Shown: positions 19,401-30,440, counted from the stretch's first letter. The stretch is 64,000 bases of DNA from Patescibacteria group bacterium (GCA_041659045.1 JBAZZB010000002.1:85427-149426); one strand, 5' to 3'. Numbers and translations are program-made. The notes: generated from the letters alone by a model not told the origin.

Positions 19401-21086
19401 TCAGCGTTTTACCTGGCCGTTCTCGCGGATCGAAAGGATGACCTTTTCGCCGCCAGCGAGACCTTCCAAAACTTCGATCAAGCCGTCGTCACCGCGCGTG
19501 CCAAGCTGCACGTCGAGACGCTTTTCCTTTTCGTTTTCGAGAACGCGGACGTATTTTTTTCCTTCTTCGTCTTCACGAACGGCGCGTTGCGGAACGATCA
19601 GGACGTCGGCGCGTTCAATTGTCACGACGGTGACCGAAGCGGTCATGCCGGCGCGGACAGGCTGGCCGTTACCGACAAAACGGAAACGCGTCTTGTAGTA
19701 CACCACGTCTTGAATGACGGTTTGTGCCGTATCGATCGTCGCCAACTCGCCTTCAAAAGGCGTGTCGTCGCCATAGGCATCAAGCGTCATCTCCGCTTTC
19801 ATACCAACGCTCAACTTGGCGATATCGGTTTCCGGCACGTCGGCCTCGACCTCATAAACATCGTTGCCGTGCAACTTGAGAATCGTCTCTGCGGAGGTCA
19901 CGGTGGATCCCACGCGTCCAAGTACGGCCGCAATCGTACCGTCATAGGGCGCGCGAATGCGTGTGCGGTCGAGCGCGATCGAAGCTTCGCCGAGCGCGGC
20001 GGAAGCTTGCGACACGCTGGCACGCGCGGACGAAAGGTCGTACGAGGTCGCAGGCGCCTTCTTAAGCGCGAGCGAAGCCTTGGCACTCTCAAGCGCTCCT
20101 TCATAGGTGCGCACGTTCTGCTCTGCGGCGTTCAACGTGGCGGAGTTGCTGGCAACCGTCGTGCTCACCAGTTGCTTCTGCGATTCAGCAGCGTTCACGG
20201 CGGCATTGAGATCAACCCAGGCGGCGCGCATGTTGGCCTTGCGCGTATCGAAGGCCGTCTGCGTCGTGAGGCTGTTCGGTGTCGAAACCTGCATCAAATC
20301 CGTCGCGAGCTGCGCCGACAAGCGCACGCTCCGCGCTTCCGACAAAAGCGTCGGAACGCGAGCGTCTTTACCCGTGCGGTCGGCCGCGCGATACGCGACG
20401 ATATCACTTTCCATTCTCGTGAAATCCGCGCGCGCCACTCCGTACGTCGAAGACGTTTGCGCGGCCAAAACGGTGTCTGATGGGTTGAAATCGCTACGCA
20501 AACTGCCAGTCGCGTCGAAGACATCATTCTTCATGACCTGCATGGCCGTCGCCACTTTCAAGTACAGCGTCTCAACCTGCCCATCCATATCAGCCTGAGC
20601 CTTTTCAAGTGTGGCCACGCTTGAAACCTTAGCGTCGGCAAGCGCCTGTTTCGCCTGTCCCAAAGCGATCTCCGCGTTAGAAACGGCGACTTCCGTCACG
20701 TGCAAATCTTCCGGCGTCACGCCGTTGATCAAACGATCAAGATTCGCCTGAGCAGATTGAAGCGAGGCTTGCGCGCTCTGCACACGCACGCGTTCATTGC
20801 GGTCATCAAGCATCGCGAGAATATCGTTCGTCTTCACGATCGCACCAACTTTTGTGCTGATTGTCCTCACGCGTCCAGAACCTTCGAATTTCAAATCAAT
20901 ATCAGCCGAGGAGACGACCTCGCCCGTGACCTGCACGGTTTGGCGCAACGTACCGCGCTCGACGGTGTGCGTGTCGTATTCAATTTTCGGTCCACGTTTC
21001 GCAAAAGCACCGACAACGAGCACGAGGCCGACAGTGATTCCCCCGTACAGCGCAATTTTTTTCCATTGAAGTTTCGGCATGGTCAT
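19401..21086 (-). CDS. Periplasmic adaptor / membrane fusion protein (HlyD/MacA family)
   Basis: 561 aa, N-terminal TM, long coiled-coil hairpin region, C-terminal beta-barrel; start overlaps marR stop (ATGA). Confidence 0.8.
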   Translation of the reverse strand: MTMPKLQWKKIALYGGITVGLVLVVGAFAKRGPKIEYDTHTVERGTLRQTVQVTGEVVSSADIDLKFEGSGRVRTISTKVGAIVKTNDILAMLDDRNERVRVQSAQASLQSAQANLDRLINGVTPEDLHVTEVAVSNAEIALGQAKQALADAKVSSVATLEKAQADMDGQVETLYLKVATAMQVMKNDVFDATGSLRSDFNPSDTVLAAQTSSTYGVARADFTRMESDIVAYRAADRTGKDARVPTLLSEARSVRLSAQLATDLMQVSTPNSLTTQTAFDTRKANMRAAWVDLNAAVNAAESQKQLVSTTVASNSATLNAAEQNVRTYEGALESAKASLALKKAPATSYDLSSARASVSQASAALGEASIALDRTRIRAPYDGTIAAVLGRVGSTVTSAETILKLHGNDVYEVEADVPETDIAKLSVGMKAEMTLDAYGDDTPFEGELATIDTAQTVIQDVVYYKTRFRFVGNGQPVRAGMTASVTVVTIERADVLIVPQRAVREDEEGKKYVRVLENEKEKRLDVQLGTRGDDGLIEVLEGLAGGEKVILSIRENGQVKR

Positions 21087-21505
21087 ACCAGGATTTTTTC
21101 AAATAGGTGGATCATGAGGTCTTGTTCCTTCGGCGTCAGTCGTCCGAGGATGTGTTCCATCTGCTCTTCGACCTCGGCAAACCGTCGCCCGATGAACATT
21201 TTGCCTTTGGGCGTAAGACGAAGGCGCACGCTGCGACGATCATTGTGGTCCGCTCTTCGTTCAAGAAATTTTGCCGCGACCAAACCATTAATCAGCGCTG
21301 TCGCGGAAGGTGGAGTGATCCGGAGAAACGAAGCGACTTCTTTCATCGTAGGCTCTCCTCGCTCCCGCACGTAGCCGAGCACGATAAGGCGAGGCAGCGT
21401 TGACGGGTCGAGCGGAAAGCTTTTTTTTCCCAAACGCTCGTGAAGCGCCCGCTTCATCGCCAGCATCAATTCAATCAGCCTCGAGAGGCGGGCCGTCTGC
21501 GGCAT
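21083..21505 (-). CDS. MarR-family transcriptional regulator
   Basis: 140 aa winged-helix: LGYVRERGEPTMKEVASFLRITPPSATALINGLVAAKFLERRADHNDRRSVRLRLTPKG. Confidence 0.85.
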   Translation of the reverse strand: MPQTARLSRLIELMLAMKRALHERLGKKSFPLDPSTLPRLIVLGYVRERGEPTMKEVASFLRITPPSATALINGLVAAKFLERRADHNDRRSVRLRLTPKGKMFIGRRFAEVEEQMEHILGRLTPKEQDLMIHLFEKILV

Positions 21506-21517
21506 GCGGAAACGAAA

Positions 21518-21542
21518 GAATAGTTAGGTTACCTAACTATTC
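21518..21542. promoter_or_regulatory. Perfect 12-1-12 palindrome GAATAGTTAGGT-T-ACCTAACTATTC, candidate MarR operator
   Basis: Located 13 bp upstream of the marR ATG at head of the marR-MFP-ABC operon. Confidence 0.5.
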
Positions 21543-21569
21543 TGGCACCGTGGGCATTCTTTGTCAATC

Positions 21570-22382
21570 TCAGGCCGCTGGCGGCTTGGGTTTGAGCGAA
21601 TGCCTCGGAATTTGAATTGTCGTGCCGGGACGCAGTGTGTACGGGGGCTTGAGGCGATTGGTGCGCACAATCTCTTGCCAACTCAAGTCGAAACGAGAGG
21701 AAAGCGTCATAACCGAATCATCGGGCTCAACACGATACGCCAATGTATTTGAGAGCGGCTTGGGTTTTGGCGGAGGAGTCGGTTTCGGCTTCGGTGGTTC
21801 CGGTACCGGAGGCGTTACTGGCACGCGCGCGGGCTCCGGAGGCTTTTCGAGCATCGGTGCAGCACGCTTCACTTCGACTTTCGTTGTTTTTTTAGAAGCA
21901 ACCTTTATCTTCTTAGGTTCGCGTGGGCGCATCAAGAGGTGCACGATAGCGATGCTCGCGAACAGCGCGGCTGCTCCCCCACCCACGACCATCCCGTTCG
22001 GCAGCAACCAGAATGTATAGGAGGAAATCACAGCCTCGGAACTACCCTCATTCAAAATGACGGTCGTACGAATCTGTCCAAAGATAGGCGCATCATGCCA
22101 ACGCACACTCACGTCCGCGGTTCCACCGGCGGGAACGATCGTCTTTTCCGTCGGAAGAGATGACGCCGCTGACGTACTGTAGACATTAATCACGACAACG
22201 CGGCCCTGAACCTCGATAGCGCGGTCGCGCGTGTTGGCGATCGTGAATTTCAAAATGCGATCGACGCCATCTGGTGCCTGTTGCGCTGCGCGGACACTCA
22301 GCGGCAAAAGTTCCTGCGCAAACACGGGCAGAGCCAGCGCACACGCGAACAATGAGAGGATACAGAGAAGCCGTTTGAACAT
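21570..22382 (-). CDS. Secreted/membrane protein with Pro-rich linker and C-terminal LysM domain
   Basis: Start MFKRLLCILSLFACALALPVFA (ATG 22382); PEPPKPKPTPPPKPKP linker; LAYRVEPDDSVMTLSSRFDLSWQEIVRTNRLKPPYTLRPGTTIQIP LysM-like; longer ORF-track N-term is low complexity. Confidence 0.55.
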   Translation of the reverse strand: MFKRLLCILSLFACALALPVFAQELLPLSVRAAQQAPDGVDRILKFTIANTRDRAIEVQGRVVVINVYSTSAASSLPTEKTIVPAGGTADVSVRWHDAPIFGQIRTTVILNEGSSEAVISSYTFWLLPNGMVVGGGAAALFASIAIVHLLMRPREPKKIKVASKKTTKVEVKRAAPMLEKPPEPARVPVTPPVPEPPKPKPTPPPKPKPLSNTLAYRVEPDDSVMTLSSRFDLSWQEIVRTNRLKPPYTLRPGTTIQIPRHSLKPKPPAA

Positions 22383-22419
22383 ATCTGCGGATATTGTACC
22401 GTATACCTGAGGTGCCGTC

Positions 22420-23136
22420 ATGAGGAGAAAGCTGACGTTTCTCATAGTCCTCGCGATACTCACGCTCTTTGTAACCGATGCCGAGGCCAGAAAGCGACGC
22501 CGCAAGAAGCGTTCGTCGGTTCCCACCGAACTGCGCGGCGGCCGAAGCTCGCAAGAGAAGCAAAACCGCCAAGCGAAGGCCGAGGGTCTCAAGCGCATCA
22601 AAGACCTGGACGAGCTGCGAGATCTCACCAAGGACGGCAAGCTTGTCCGCCTGGAAGACAGCGACACGTACGTACTCAGGAAAGTCGGTGAACTCGTCGA
22701 CAAGCAGAACTCCGACGCGTATCGGGTCGCCCTGGAACGCGTGAAGATCTTCCTCGACCGTGAACTGCCGGCGTTGAAACGCGAAACGGGGCGAAAGAGA
22801 CCTTTCGAGGTCGTTTCGCTGGCGAGAACTGACGCCTACCAAAAACGTGTCTGCGAGGAATACCCCAGATCCGCCATCTGCGGAGACGCGTGGTGGGAAG
22901 TTTCCTCCCATGTTTACGGCGCGACCGTCGACATCGACCTGCTCAACATGACCGGAAAACAGATCGCCAAGTTCCAACGACGCCTCAAGAAGTTGGAGAA
23001 GGACGGCCTGATCGAAGCGATCCAGGAGAAGGGTTGCTTTCACATCATGGTCTTCGAGGACTATCCTCAAAAGACCGAGCCCGTGAAGACGAGCAAGACC
23101 AAGAAACCTCGGAAGAAGAAAAGGAAGTCTCGCTAG
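22420..23136 (+). CDS. Secreted peptidase M15-like (VanY/D-Ala-D-Ala carboxypeptidase superfamily) protein
   Basis: Signal peptide; SSHVYGATVDID (S-x-H-x-x-G-x-A-x-D zinc-ligand motif) and downstream CFHIMV His; basic tails. Confidence 0.45.
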   Translation: MRRKLTFLIVLAILTLFVTDAEARKRRRKKRSSVPTELRGGRSSQEKQNRQAKAEGLKRIKDLDELRDLTKDGKLVRLEDSDTYVLRKVGELVDKQNSDAYRVALERVKIFLDRELPALKRETGRKRPFEVVSLARTDAYQKRVCEEYPRSAICGDAWWEVSSHVYGATVDIDLLNMTGKQIAKFQRRLKKLEKDGLIEAIQEKGCFHIMVFEDYPQKTEPVKTSKTKKPRKKKRKSR

Positions 23137-23162
23137 ACCCGAAGCCAATTCGGGTCTTTTTT
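23136..23162 (+). terminator. Intrinsic terminator
   Basis: GACCCGAA-gccaa-TTCGGGTC followed by TTTTTT. Confidence 0.65.
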
Positions 23163-23187
23163 ATGTTATAGTGCGTGTACAAATACT

Positions 23188-25221
23188 ATGAAGTTACAGC
23201 GAAAAAACCTCGTTGACCGTTTGTTCAGACCGAACAGAAAGAACATCGCTGCGCGTCTTGGTATTTTCGGGCTGACGCTGCTGCCGATCGCTATTTTGGC
23301 AGCGGTCAACTACGTTCAGCTTTACGACCATCTCACGCAACGTGCCCTCGATCGCCGCCAAGCGGTGGCGCAGCTTGCCGGACAAATGGTTCAGCAACAC
23401 TTTGACGCGCTGATTCAGGTGGGAAGATCGCTTGCGAGCCGCCCCGTACTGATCGAGGCGATTGAGAAAAACGACTGGCCGGGTGCCATAGAAACCATCG
23501 AGCGCACGCCCGAACAGTTTCCATTTATCAAACGCATCGCGTTGAACGACCTTAGCGGCACCGCACGAGCCAACTTCCCACGGACGACCGAGGGAATCGG
23601 GACAAGCTTCGCCTATCGAGACTGGTACCAAGGTGTCAGCAAGAACTGGACTCCCTATGTTTCAGAGGTGTTCCAACGCGCTGTTGAACCAAAAACGAAC
23701 GTTGTCGGCGTCGCCGTACCGATCGTCACCTTAGACAACCGAAATGTCGGCATTTTGTTGATGCAGGTAGAACTGGACACCTTGCTCCAATGGACCAGTG
23801 AGGTGTCAGTTGGCGGCAGCGGGTATATCTATGTCGTAGACCGAAAAGGTCACGTCATGATCCACCCAGAGCATCCAGCAGGCCAGGATATTGTTGATCT
23901 GTCATCGCTTCCCGCGGTTCAACAAGCGCTGGAGAGCTCAAGTGGCGTTGGTATTTTCAGCAACCCCCAAGAGAACGAAGATCGTCTCTATGCCTACTGG
24001 ACGTCGCCTCAGTACGGTTTTTCCGTCGGTGTCCAAGAACCCGTGCGCTCCGCCTTCGCGACGCGTAGGGAAGTTCTAACGGGAATTCTTTTCGTCTACG
24101 CGATCATTTTTCTCTTGAACTTCATTCTTGCGTGGGTTCTCTGGCGACTGGTTCGCACGCTTGTTACCAACTATCAGCAAGAAGACATCTATCTCACCAG
24201 CATTGGCGACGGTGTTGTGGCGATCGATCGTGATTGGAACATCACGCTCTGGAATGATGCCGCCGCCAAACTGACCGGTTGGAGCGCTGAGGAGGCTATC
24301 GGGGGGTCATTCCGTGAAAAGATCCGCTTTTTGCGAGAGCACGACCGAAAGGAGAACATCGGATTTGTCGAGGAGGCAATCCTCTTTGGCACAACCAAGC
24401 AGATGTCGAACAGCACGATCCTTCTTACCAGAGATGAGCGGGAAATTCCCGTAAGCAACAGTGCGGCTCCCATCTTTGGTCCCAAGGGGCAAGTTTCCGG
24501 AGTGATCATTATTTTCCGCGACGACACGCACGAGCGAGATTCGCATATTCTGCGCACGGACTTTGCCTACGCTTCACATCAACTGCGCACACCGATTACC
24601 AAAGCGCTTTGGAGTCTCGAAGCCGCTGCTGAGGGTGCAAAGAACGGACAGAAAGAGAAGCTCGAAACGGCACGAATCGCCCTGCTGGACGTGCAGAAAC
24701 TCAGCGAGCGCCTGTTGGAGGTATCGCTGATCGACCAAAAGACTCTCTTCGCGAAACCTGAAACCGTTTCTGTCGCCGATACTGTTGAAAAAGCGGTGGC
24801 TACATGTTCCTCAGATGCCAGCTCACGCACGACACGCGTCGTGACACATTTTGGCTCCGCGGCTGAGACAATAGAAACAGATCCAAAACTCCTGCGACTC
24901 GCGCTAGAAGAAGTTATTTCCAATGCCGTGCTGTACAGCCCGAAAAACAGCACCGTCGACGTGCAAACGGCAAAACAAGGTAACGAATTGCTTATCGAGG
25001 TACGCGACACCGGGCTGGGTATTCCGGAAGAGCAGCAAACCTTGGTCTTCACAAAGTTCTTCCGAGGAGAAAATGTCCCTTCCGATGTTTCCGGCGTCGG
25101 CCTCGGCCTCTTCATCGCCCGCGAGTACATAAGACTGCTCGGTGGGCGTATCTGGTTCGTTTCCGAACCTGGCCGAGGCACGACCTTCTCTATCACCATC
25201 CCGATCTCAAAAACACGCTGA
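23188..25221 (+). CDS. Sensor histidine kinase with periplasmic dCache-like domain, PAS, HisKA, HATPase_c
   Basis: 677 aa; two TM flanking ~250-aa periplasmic domain; H-box ASHQLRTPITKAL; N/G boxes ISNAVLYSPK, DTGLGIP, GVGLGLFIAREY; no response regulator nearby. Confidence 0.85.
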   Translation: MKLQRKNLVDRLFRPNRKNIAARLGIFGLTLLPIAILAAVNYVQLYDHLTQRALDRRQAVAQLAGQMVQQHFDALIQVGRSLASRPVLIEAIEKNDWPGAIETIERTPEQFPFIKRIALNDLSGTARANFPRTTEGIGTSFAYRDWYQGVSKNWTPYVSEVFQRAVEPKTNVVGVAVPIVTLDNRNVGILLMQVELDTLLQWTSEVSVGGSGYIYVVDRKGHVMIHPEHPAGQDIVDLSSLPAVQQALESSSGVGIFSNPQENEDRLYAYWTSPQYGFSVGVQEPVRSAFATRREVLTGILFVYAIIFLLNFILAWVLWRLVRTLVTNYQQEDIYLTSIGDGVVAIDRDWNITLWNDAAAKLTGWSAEEAIGGSFREKIRFLREHDRKENIGFVEEAILFGTTKQMSNSTILLTRDEREIPVSNSAAPIFGPKGQVSGVIIIFRDDTHERDSHILRTDFAYASHQLRTPITKALWSLEAAAEGAKNGQKEKLETARIALLDVQKLSERLLEVSLIDQKTLFAKPETVSVADTVEKAVATCSSDASSRTTRVVTHFGSAAETIETDPKLLRLALEEVISNAVLYSPKNSTVDVQTAKQGNELLIEVRDTGLGIPEEQQTLVFTKFFRGENVPSDVSGVGLGLFIAREYIRLLGGRIWFVSEPGRGTTFSITIPISKTR

Positions 25222-25236
25222 CACGCACCGGCGGAT

Positions 25237-25827
25237 ATGACTGAACAGCACGATTCTCAGATGAAGGACGATACGGAACGCGACGTCGAAACACTCAGCA
25301 CCGGCGCGTCGGGAAAGGCGGAACGTACCAAACACTCCCCCGCGGAGTCTTTGGAAGGAAAAACGATTACCCCCGATCTTCGCATCGACTTGAACGCGGA
25401 AGACGCAATCGAGAAGCTCAACCAGATACACGCGGAACTCGGCTCCCCTCCCGAAGCTGGCGAAGCCGAAACCGTGACAGAAGAAGACGAACGCGAGTTC
25501 GAGGAGACTCTCGCTAAAATCGATGAAAGAACCGCGTGGAAGCACGCCATGGACGCAGAGCTCTTCGATGCCGACTCCCTCATCTACCGCGAGACCGAGG
25601 AAGCCGCACGCGAACTCTGCCTCCTTGCCCGAGCCGGGTACGAAAAAAGCGAGTTGGAGCGTATCGCAAACTCCCTCGTCGATGCGATCATGAAGAACAG
25701 GAAAGAAGGTGAGGGGCTCAGTACCAAAGAATCGACGCTCGCCTATCTCAGGCGACGGTACGAACTGCTGTTGAGCGAGGCTCCAGTTGAGGACACCGCG
25801 GATGACGATCCAACACAAAGCGCATAA
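25237..25827 (+). CDS. Acidic hypothetical protein
   Basis: 196 aa, highly acidic (E/D-rich), 16 nt after HK stop. Confidence 0.4.
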   Translation: MTEQHDSQMKDDTERDVETLSTGASGKAERTKHSPAESLEGKTITPDLRIDLNAEDAIEKLNQIHAELGSPPEAGEAETVTEEDEREFEETLAKIDERTAWKHAMDAELFDADSLIYRETEEAARELCLLARAGYEKSELERIANSLVDAIMKNRKEGEGLSTKESTLAYLRRRYELLLSEAPVEDTADDDPTQSA

Positions 25828-25829
25828 GC

Positions 25830-25865
25830 AACGCTCCGGCCTCGGCCGGAGCGTTTATGTTTCGT
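25830..25865 (+). terminator. Intrinsic terminator (perfect 12-bp stem)
   Basis: AACGCTCCGGCC-tcg-GGCCGGAGCGTT then TATGTTTCGTTT. Confidence 0.65.
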
Positions 25866-25894
25866 TTGACTTTAAGCTGAAAAAGTGATATATT
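25866..25894 (+). promoter_or_regulatory. Sigma70-type promoter TTGACT-17-TATATT; predicted near-leaderless transcript of 25904 gene
   Basis: -35 25866-25871, -10 25889-25894, ATG at 25904 only ~10 nt downstream of -10, no SD. Confidence 0.55.
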
Positions 25895-25903
25895 ATTATC
25901 AAT

Positions 25904-26428
25904 ATGGGCATCTGGGACAAGTTCGGTTTCGATACGAAACAAGGAAATCAAGCGGAGAACGCGCCTAACGCGACTTCCGTGCGTGTTGAGGAATACCTTC
26001 AAGATATCTTGCCCGAAGCCAAAAAGGGCGAGGCAAGCGCCCTTGAAGAGCTTCGCTCATTTTCCAGCGAAGCCTCGATGGCGAAGTACACGGAGCAGTG
26101 GCGATCATTTGCGCTGTCCCCTGGTTCGAATAAAAAGACGTTCCCCGAATGGTTGTCCGATAAACGCGAAGGTCTCATTCAAAAGCTTGGAAGCTCTGAA
26201 GAATTCCACGCCATTACACAGCACGTGCACGACGCCTTTTACGAGGCTGGAAAAAAACCAGAAGAGGCCATCAAGCTGCTCGAGCAAAAAGCGGCAGCGC
26301 TCAACGAACAGGTGAATGCGTTGGTAAGCCAAGGCGTCACGGGCAGTCAGGTCGACAAGCTGCGCATGCAGTCCAAACGACTCTACGCTGCAGTCAACAA
26401 AATCGACGATTTCATCCAAAATACCTAA
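25904..26428 (+). CDS. Hypothetical protein
   Basis: 174-aa ORF, helical/charged, no recognisable motif. Confidence 0.45.
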   Translation: MGIWDKFGFDTKQGNQAENAPNATSVRVEEYLQDILPEAKKGEASALEELRSFSSEASMAKYTEQWRSFALSPGSNKKTFPEWLSDKREGLIQKLGSSEEFHAITQHVHDAFYEAGKKPEEAIKLLEQKAAALNEQVNALVSQGVTGSQVDKLRMQSKRLYAAVNKIDDFIQNT

Positions 26429-26444
26429 AAATCCTCAAAACCAT

Positions 26445-26753
26445 ATGTACGAGATGCCTTCACTGTCCGGGGACACGTTCGATGCGGAGCAAGGTCCTGC
26501 AGATTCAGCTTCTGCTGTGCTCGCCGAAGCGATCGAAGAGCTCGAAGGGAAGATCTCCGGAGCTCAAAATAAGGATGAACAGGCGGAGGACAGCAAAGAA
26601 CTCGCCATCCTTCGCCGCGCGGCAAACGCCCTGAAAGACGCCGGCGGAGACCGCAACGAAGCCATCTCCTGGCTCAAAGAACAAGCAACGACCGTAGTAA
26701 ACCCTGAAGCGTTCGAAGCCGCCGCAAAGTGGCTCGAACACCTCAAGGACTGA
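26445..26753 (+). CDS. Hypothetical acidic protein
   Basis: 102-aa ORF, followed by terminator. Confidence 0.4.
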   Translation: MYEMPSLSGDTFDAEQGPADSASAVLAEAIEELEGKISGAQNKDEQAEDSKELAILRRAANALKDAGGDRNEAISWLKEQATTVVNPEAFEAAAKWLEHLKD

Positions 26754-26760
26754 GTATGAA

Positions 26761-26789
26761 CCCCGGCCCACTGCCGGGGTTTTCATTTT
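26761..26789 (+). terminator. Intrinsic terminator
   Basis: CCCCGGC-ccact-GCCGGGG then TTTTCATTTT. Confidence 0.6.
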
Positions 26790-26814
26790 GCCCGTGGTAT
26801 GATAGAAGCCACGT

Positions 26815-27507
26815 ATGAAATCCGCGCTCCGCTTCGACATTCTCACCATCTTTCCAGGCATGCTTTCGTCTTATCTCGACGAGAGCATGATCAAACGCGC
26901 CAAAGCGCGGAAGCTTTTGGATATCCGAGTGCACGACCTGCGCGACTGGGCCAAGGACAAACATCATAAGGTAGACGACCGACCCTTCGGCGGCGGCGCT
27001 GGTATGCTTATGAAAGTCGAACCGATCTACGGCGCACTGAAAGAGCTCAAAGCTCTCAAGTCCTCCAAAAAGGATCGCCCCTACGTCATCCTTCTCTCCC
27101 CCCGCGGCACACGTTTCACCCAGCGCGTGGCCGAACGGCTCGTAAAGCACAAACAGATCGTCTTCATCTGTGGGCGCTACGAAGGAATCGACCAGCGCGT
27201 CACGGACCACCTTATAGATGAAGAGATGTCCGTCGGCGACTACGTTCTTACTGGCGGCGAGCTCCCGGCCATGACAATCCTCGATGCCGTCTCACGACTC
27301 GTTCCAGGCGTCGTCGGCAAAGAAGCTTCTATTGTAGAAGAGTCGCATTCAGCGGACGGCTTCATCGAACATCCTCATTACACGCGCCCAGAAGTCTTCT
27401 CTCCTAAGAAGGGTGAAAAATGGGAGGTACCATCCGTCCTCCTCTCTGGTGATCATAAGAAGATCGCCGAGTGGCGCATGAAAAACGCATCGCGAGCCAA
27501 AAAGTAA
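26815..27507 (+). CDS. trmD: tRNA (guanine37-N1)-methyltransferase
   Basis: 230 aa; RFDILTIFPGM..., DDRPFGGGAGMLMK, ICGRYEGIDQRV, GDYVLTGGELPAMT SPOUT/TrmD motifs. Confidence 0.9.
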   Translation: MKSALRFDILTIFPGMLSSYLDESMIKRAKARKLLDIRVHDLRDWAKDKHHKVDDRPFGGGAGMLMKVEPIYGALKELKALKSSKKDRPYVILLSPRGTRFTQRVAERLVKHKQIVFICGRYEGIDQRVTDHLIDEEMSVGDYVLTGGELPAMTILDAVSRLVPGVVGKEASIVEESHSADGFIEHPHYTRPEVFSPKKGEKWEVPSVLLSGDHKKIAEWRMKNASRAKK

Positions 27508-27535
27508 AAAACCCCTGTATTATCAGGGGTTTTTT
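27508..27535. terminator. Bidirectional terminator between trmD and convergent gene
   Basis: A-run, ACCCCTG-tattat-CAGGGGT, T-run. Confidence 0.6.
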
Positions 27536-27540
27536 CGTAC

Positions 27541-28194
27541 TTAGTTCTTGCAGGTTTTGAGATCCGCTTCGTACGCCTTGCGAGCCGCCTTGGTCTCAAG
27601 ATGATACGTATTGGAAATAGAGCGCTTCGCTTCCTTAAAGGTTTGCTGCGCGGTCTTCACCGATGCCTGGTAGACACGGCGCGCTTCCCTCCATTGCGCA
27701 ACCGATGAGGCGGAGACAACCGCCGTGCCGGATGCAGAGGTGCTCGCAGTGATCGTGGCGTGGAAAAGGTCGCGTGCAGACTTGAGCGAGGCAAGATACG
27801 ACGTCTGTACCTTCTTATATTCGACGTCGCGCTCATTACGTGCCTTCTTAAGGGCGGTCTGGTACTCCGTCTGCGACTCCTTCTTGCAACGTTTGCGGTC
27901 CGTCACTTCCGCGGAAACCGTTGCGCTGGTTGTCGGCCTGTTTTTCACCGATTTCCTTAGCTCATTCTTCACTTCCTTCAACTCGTTCTTAATCTCCTTT
28001 TCCAGCTCGCGAGTCTCTTCAGAGAGACCGATTTTGGCGCCGAGACCGAGCTTCAGGCCAAGGTGCTTGCCGCGTGATTCGAATTCGCCGTCGGACGCGA
28101 GCGCCGGAAGCGACGAAACGAGCATGACAGCCGTCATAGCACCGACCGCCAACTGCTTGTTGATCGAGAAACGTTTCTTGAGTTGCATAGGCAT
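27541..28194 (-). CDS. Secreted coiled-coil/charged hypothetical protein
   Basis: Signal peptide AVGAMTAVMLVSSLPALA; start 28194 or 28188, no SD. Confidence 0.45.
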   Translation of the reverse strand: MPMQLKKRFSINKQLAVGAMTAVMLVSSLPALASDGEFESRGKHLGLKLGLGAKIGLSEETRELEKEIKNELKEVKNELRKSVKNRPTTSATVSAEVTDRKRCKKESQTEYQTALKKARNERDVEYKKVQTSYLASLKSARDLFHATITASTSASGTAVVSASSVAQWREARRVYQASVKTAQQTFKEAKRSISNTYHLETKAARKAYEADLKTCKN

Positions 28195-28326
28195 CTTAAT
28201 GGTTACGCATACCTAGACGCCTGACTCGCGCTTTCCTTACGCCCCAAAACAGATTTTTGTAAAACCCCTTATTTTTCAAGCTTTTCACGCATTTTTCCAC
28301 AGGATGGCACGACCCTTGACAGACTC

Positions 28327-28355
28327 TTGACACGTGTTTTTCCCTCCTGTATAGT
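28327..28355 (+). promoter_or_regulatory. rRNA promoter P1: TTGACA-17-TATAGT
   Basis: -35 28327-28332, -10 28350-28355, ~200 nt upstream of 16S 5' end; preceded by AT-rich UP-like sequence and an overlapping second TTGACA. Confidence 0.6.
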
Positions 28356-28406
28356 ATGCCCATCGTCAAAAGGAACAGGGCTTACAGATCCCCGCAAAAC
28401 GGGGAT

Positions 28407-28435
28407 TTGACAACAAAAAAGTCCTTCCCTATGAT
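28407..28435 (+). promoter_or_regulatory. rRNA promoter P2: TTGACA-17-TATGAT
   Basis: -35 28407-28412, -10 28430-28435; tandem with P1 as in classical rrn operons. Confidence 0.55.
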
Positions 28436-28555
28436 GTGCCCGTCTTTGACAATCTGATCGTGAGAAGGAATCCACATCTGTCCACAAAGGACAGGTAGAG
28501 CAACGTCAATTCCAATGACAGAGGCTCCGAATGTCCGCCAGGACACGGAGTACTA

Positions 28556-30068
<1,513 letters not shown>

Positions 30069-30242
30069 AGGGAGTATTGCCATGATGAAACACTCTGGCC
30101 AATCCCAAGTCGGCCCGATCGCAAGATCGGGTGGTCCGCACCGCAAGGTCGGACAAACTTCTAACGAATGTTGGAAGCAAAGCACTCCGGGACTGACGTT
30201 GTTCCGGGACTTCTCACGATCAGATTGCAAAAGACGCCAAAG

Positions 30243-30263
30243 AGCGCCGAAAGGCGCTTTTTG
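30243..30263 (+). terminator. Candidate terminator downstream of 16S (GNRA-loop hairpin + T5)
   Basis: AGCGCC-gaaa-GGCGCT-TTTTT. Confidence 0.4.
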
Positions 30264-30297
30264 CGTTGCGTAAAAAAGCACTGCAGACAGCTCCCCT

Positions 30298-30326
30298 ACT
30301 TGCCAAATTCAGGGCTATTTGCTAAA
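30298..30326 (+). promoter_or_regulatory. Candidate promoter TTGCCA-17-TAAATT for tRNA-Ile/mgtC/tRNA-Phe unit
   Basis: -35 30298-30303, -10 30321-30326, ~20 nt upstream of tRNA-Ile. Confidence 0.35.
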
Positions 30327-30346
30327 TTATCGCTGTTCCCTCAAGG

Positions 30347-30423
30347 GGACGCGTAGCTCAGTTGGTTAGAGCGTCACACTGATAATGTGAAGGTCGATGG
30401 TTCGACTCCATCCGCGTCCACCA
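30347..30423 (+). tRNA. tRNA-Ile (anticodon GAT), CCA encoded
   Basis: GGACGCG acceptor/CGCGTCC pairing, D-arm GCTC..GAGC, anticodon loop CTGATAA, T-loop TTCGACT, ends ACCA. Confidence 0.95.
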
Positions 30424-30440
30424 AACGTAAACGATATTCC

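Noticed and set aside
22186-23148. 320-aa minus-strand ORF overlapping the M15-like gene
   Set aside because: Alternative-frame artefact (Arg/Leu-rich); + strand product has signal peptide, motifs and terminator.
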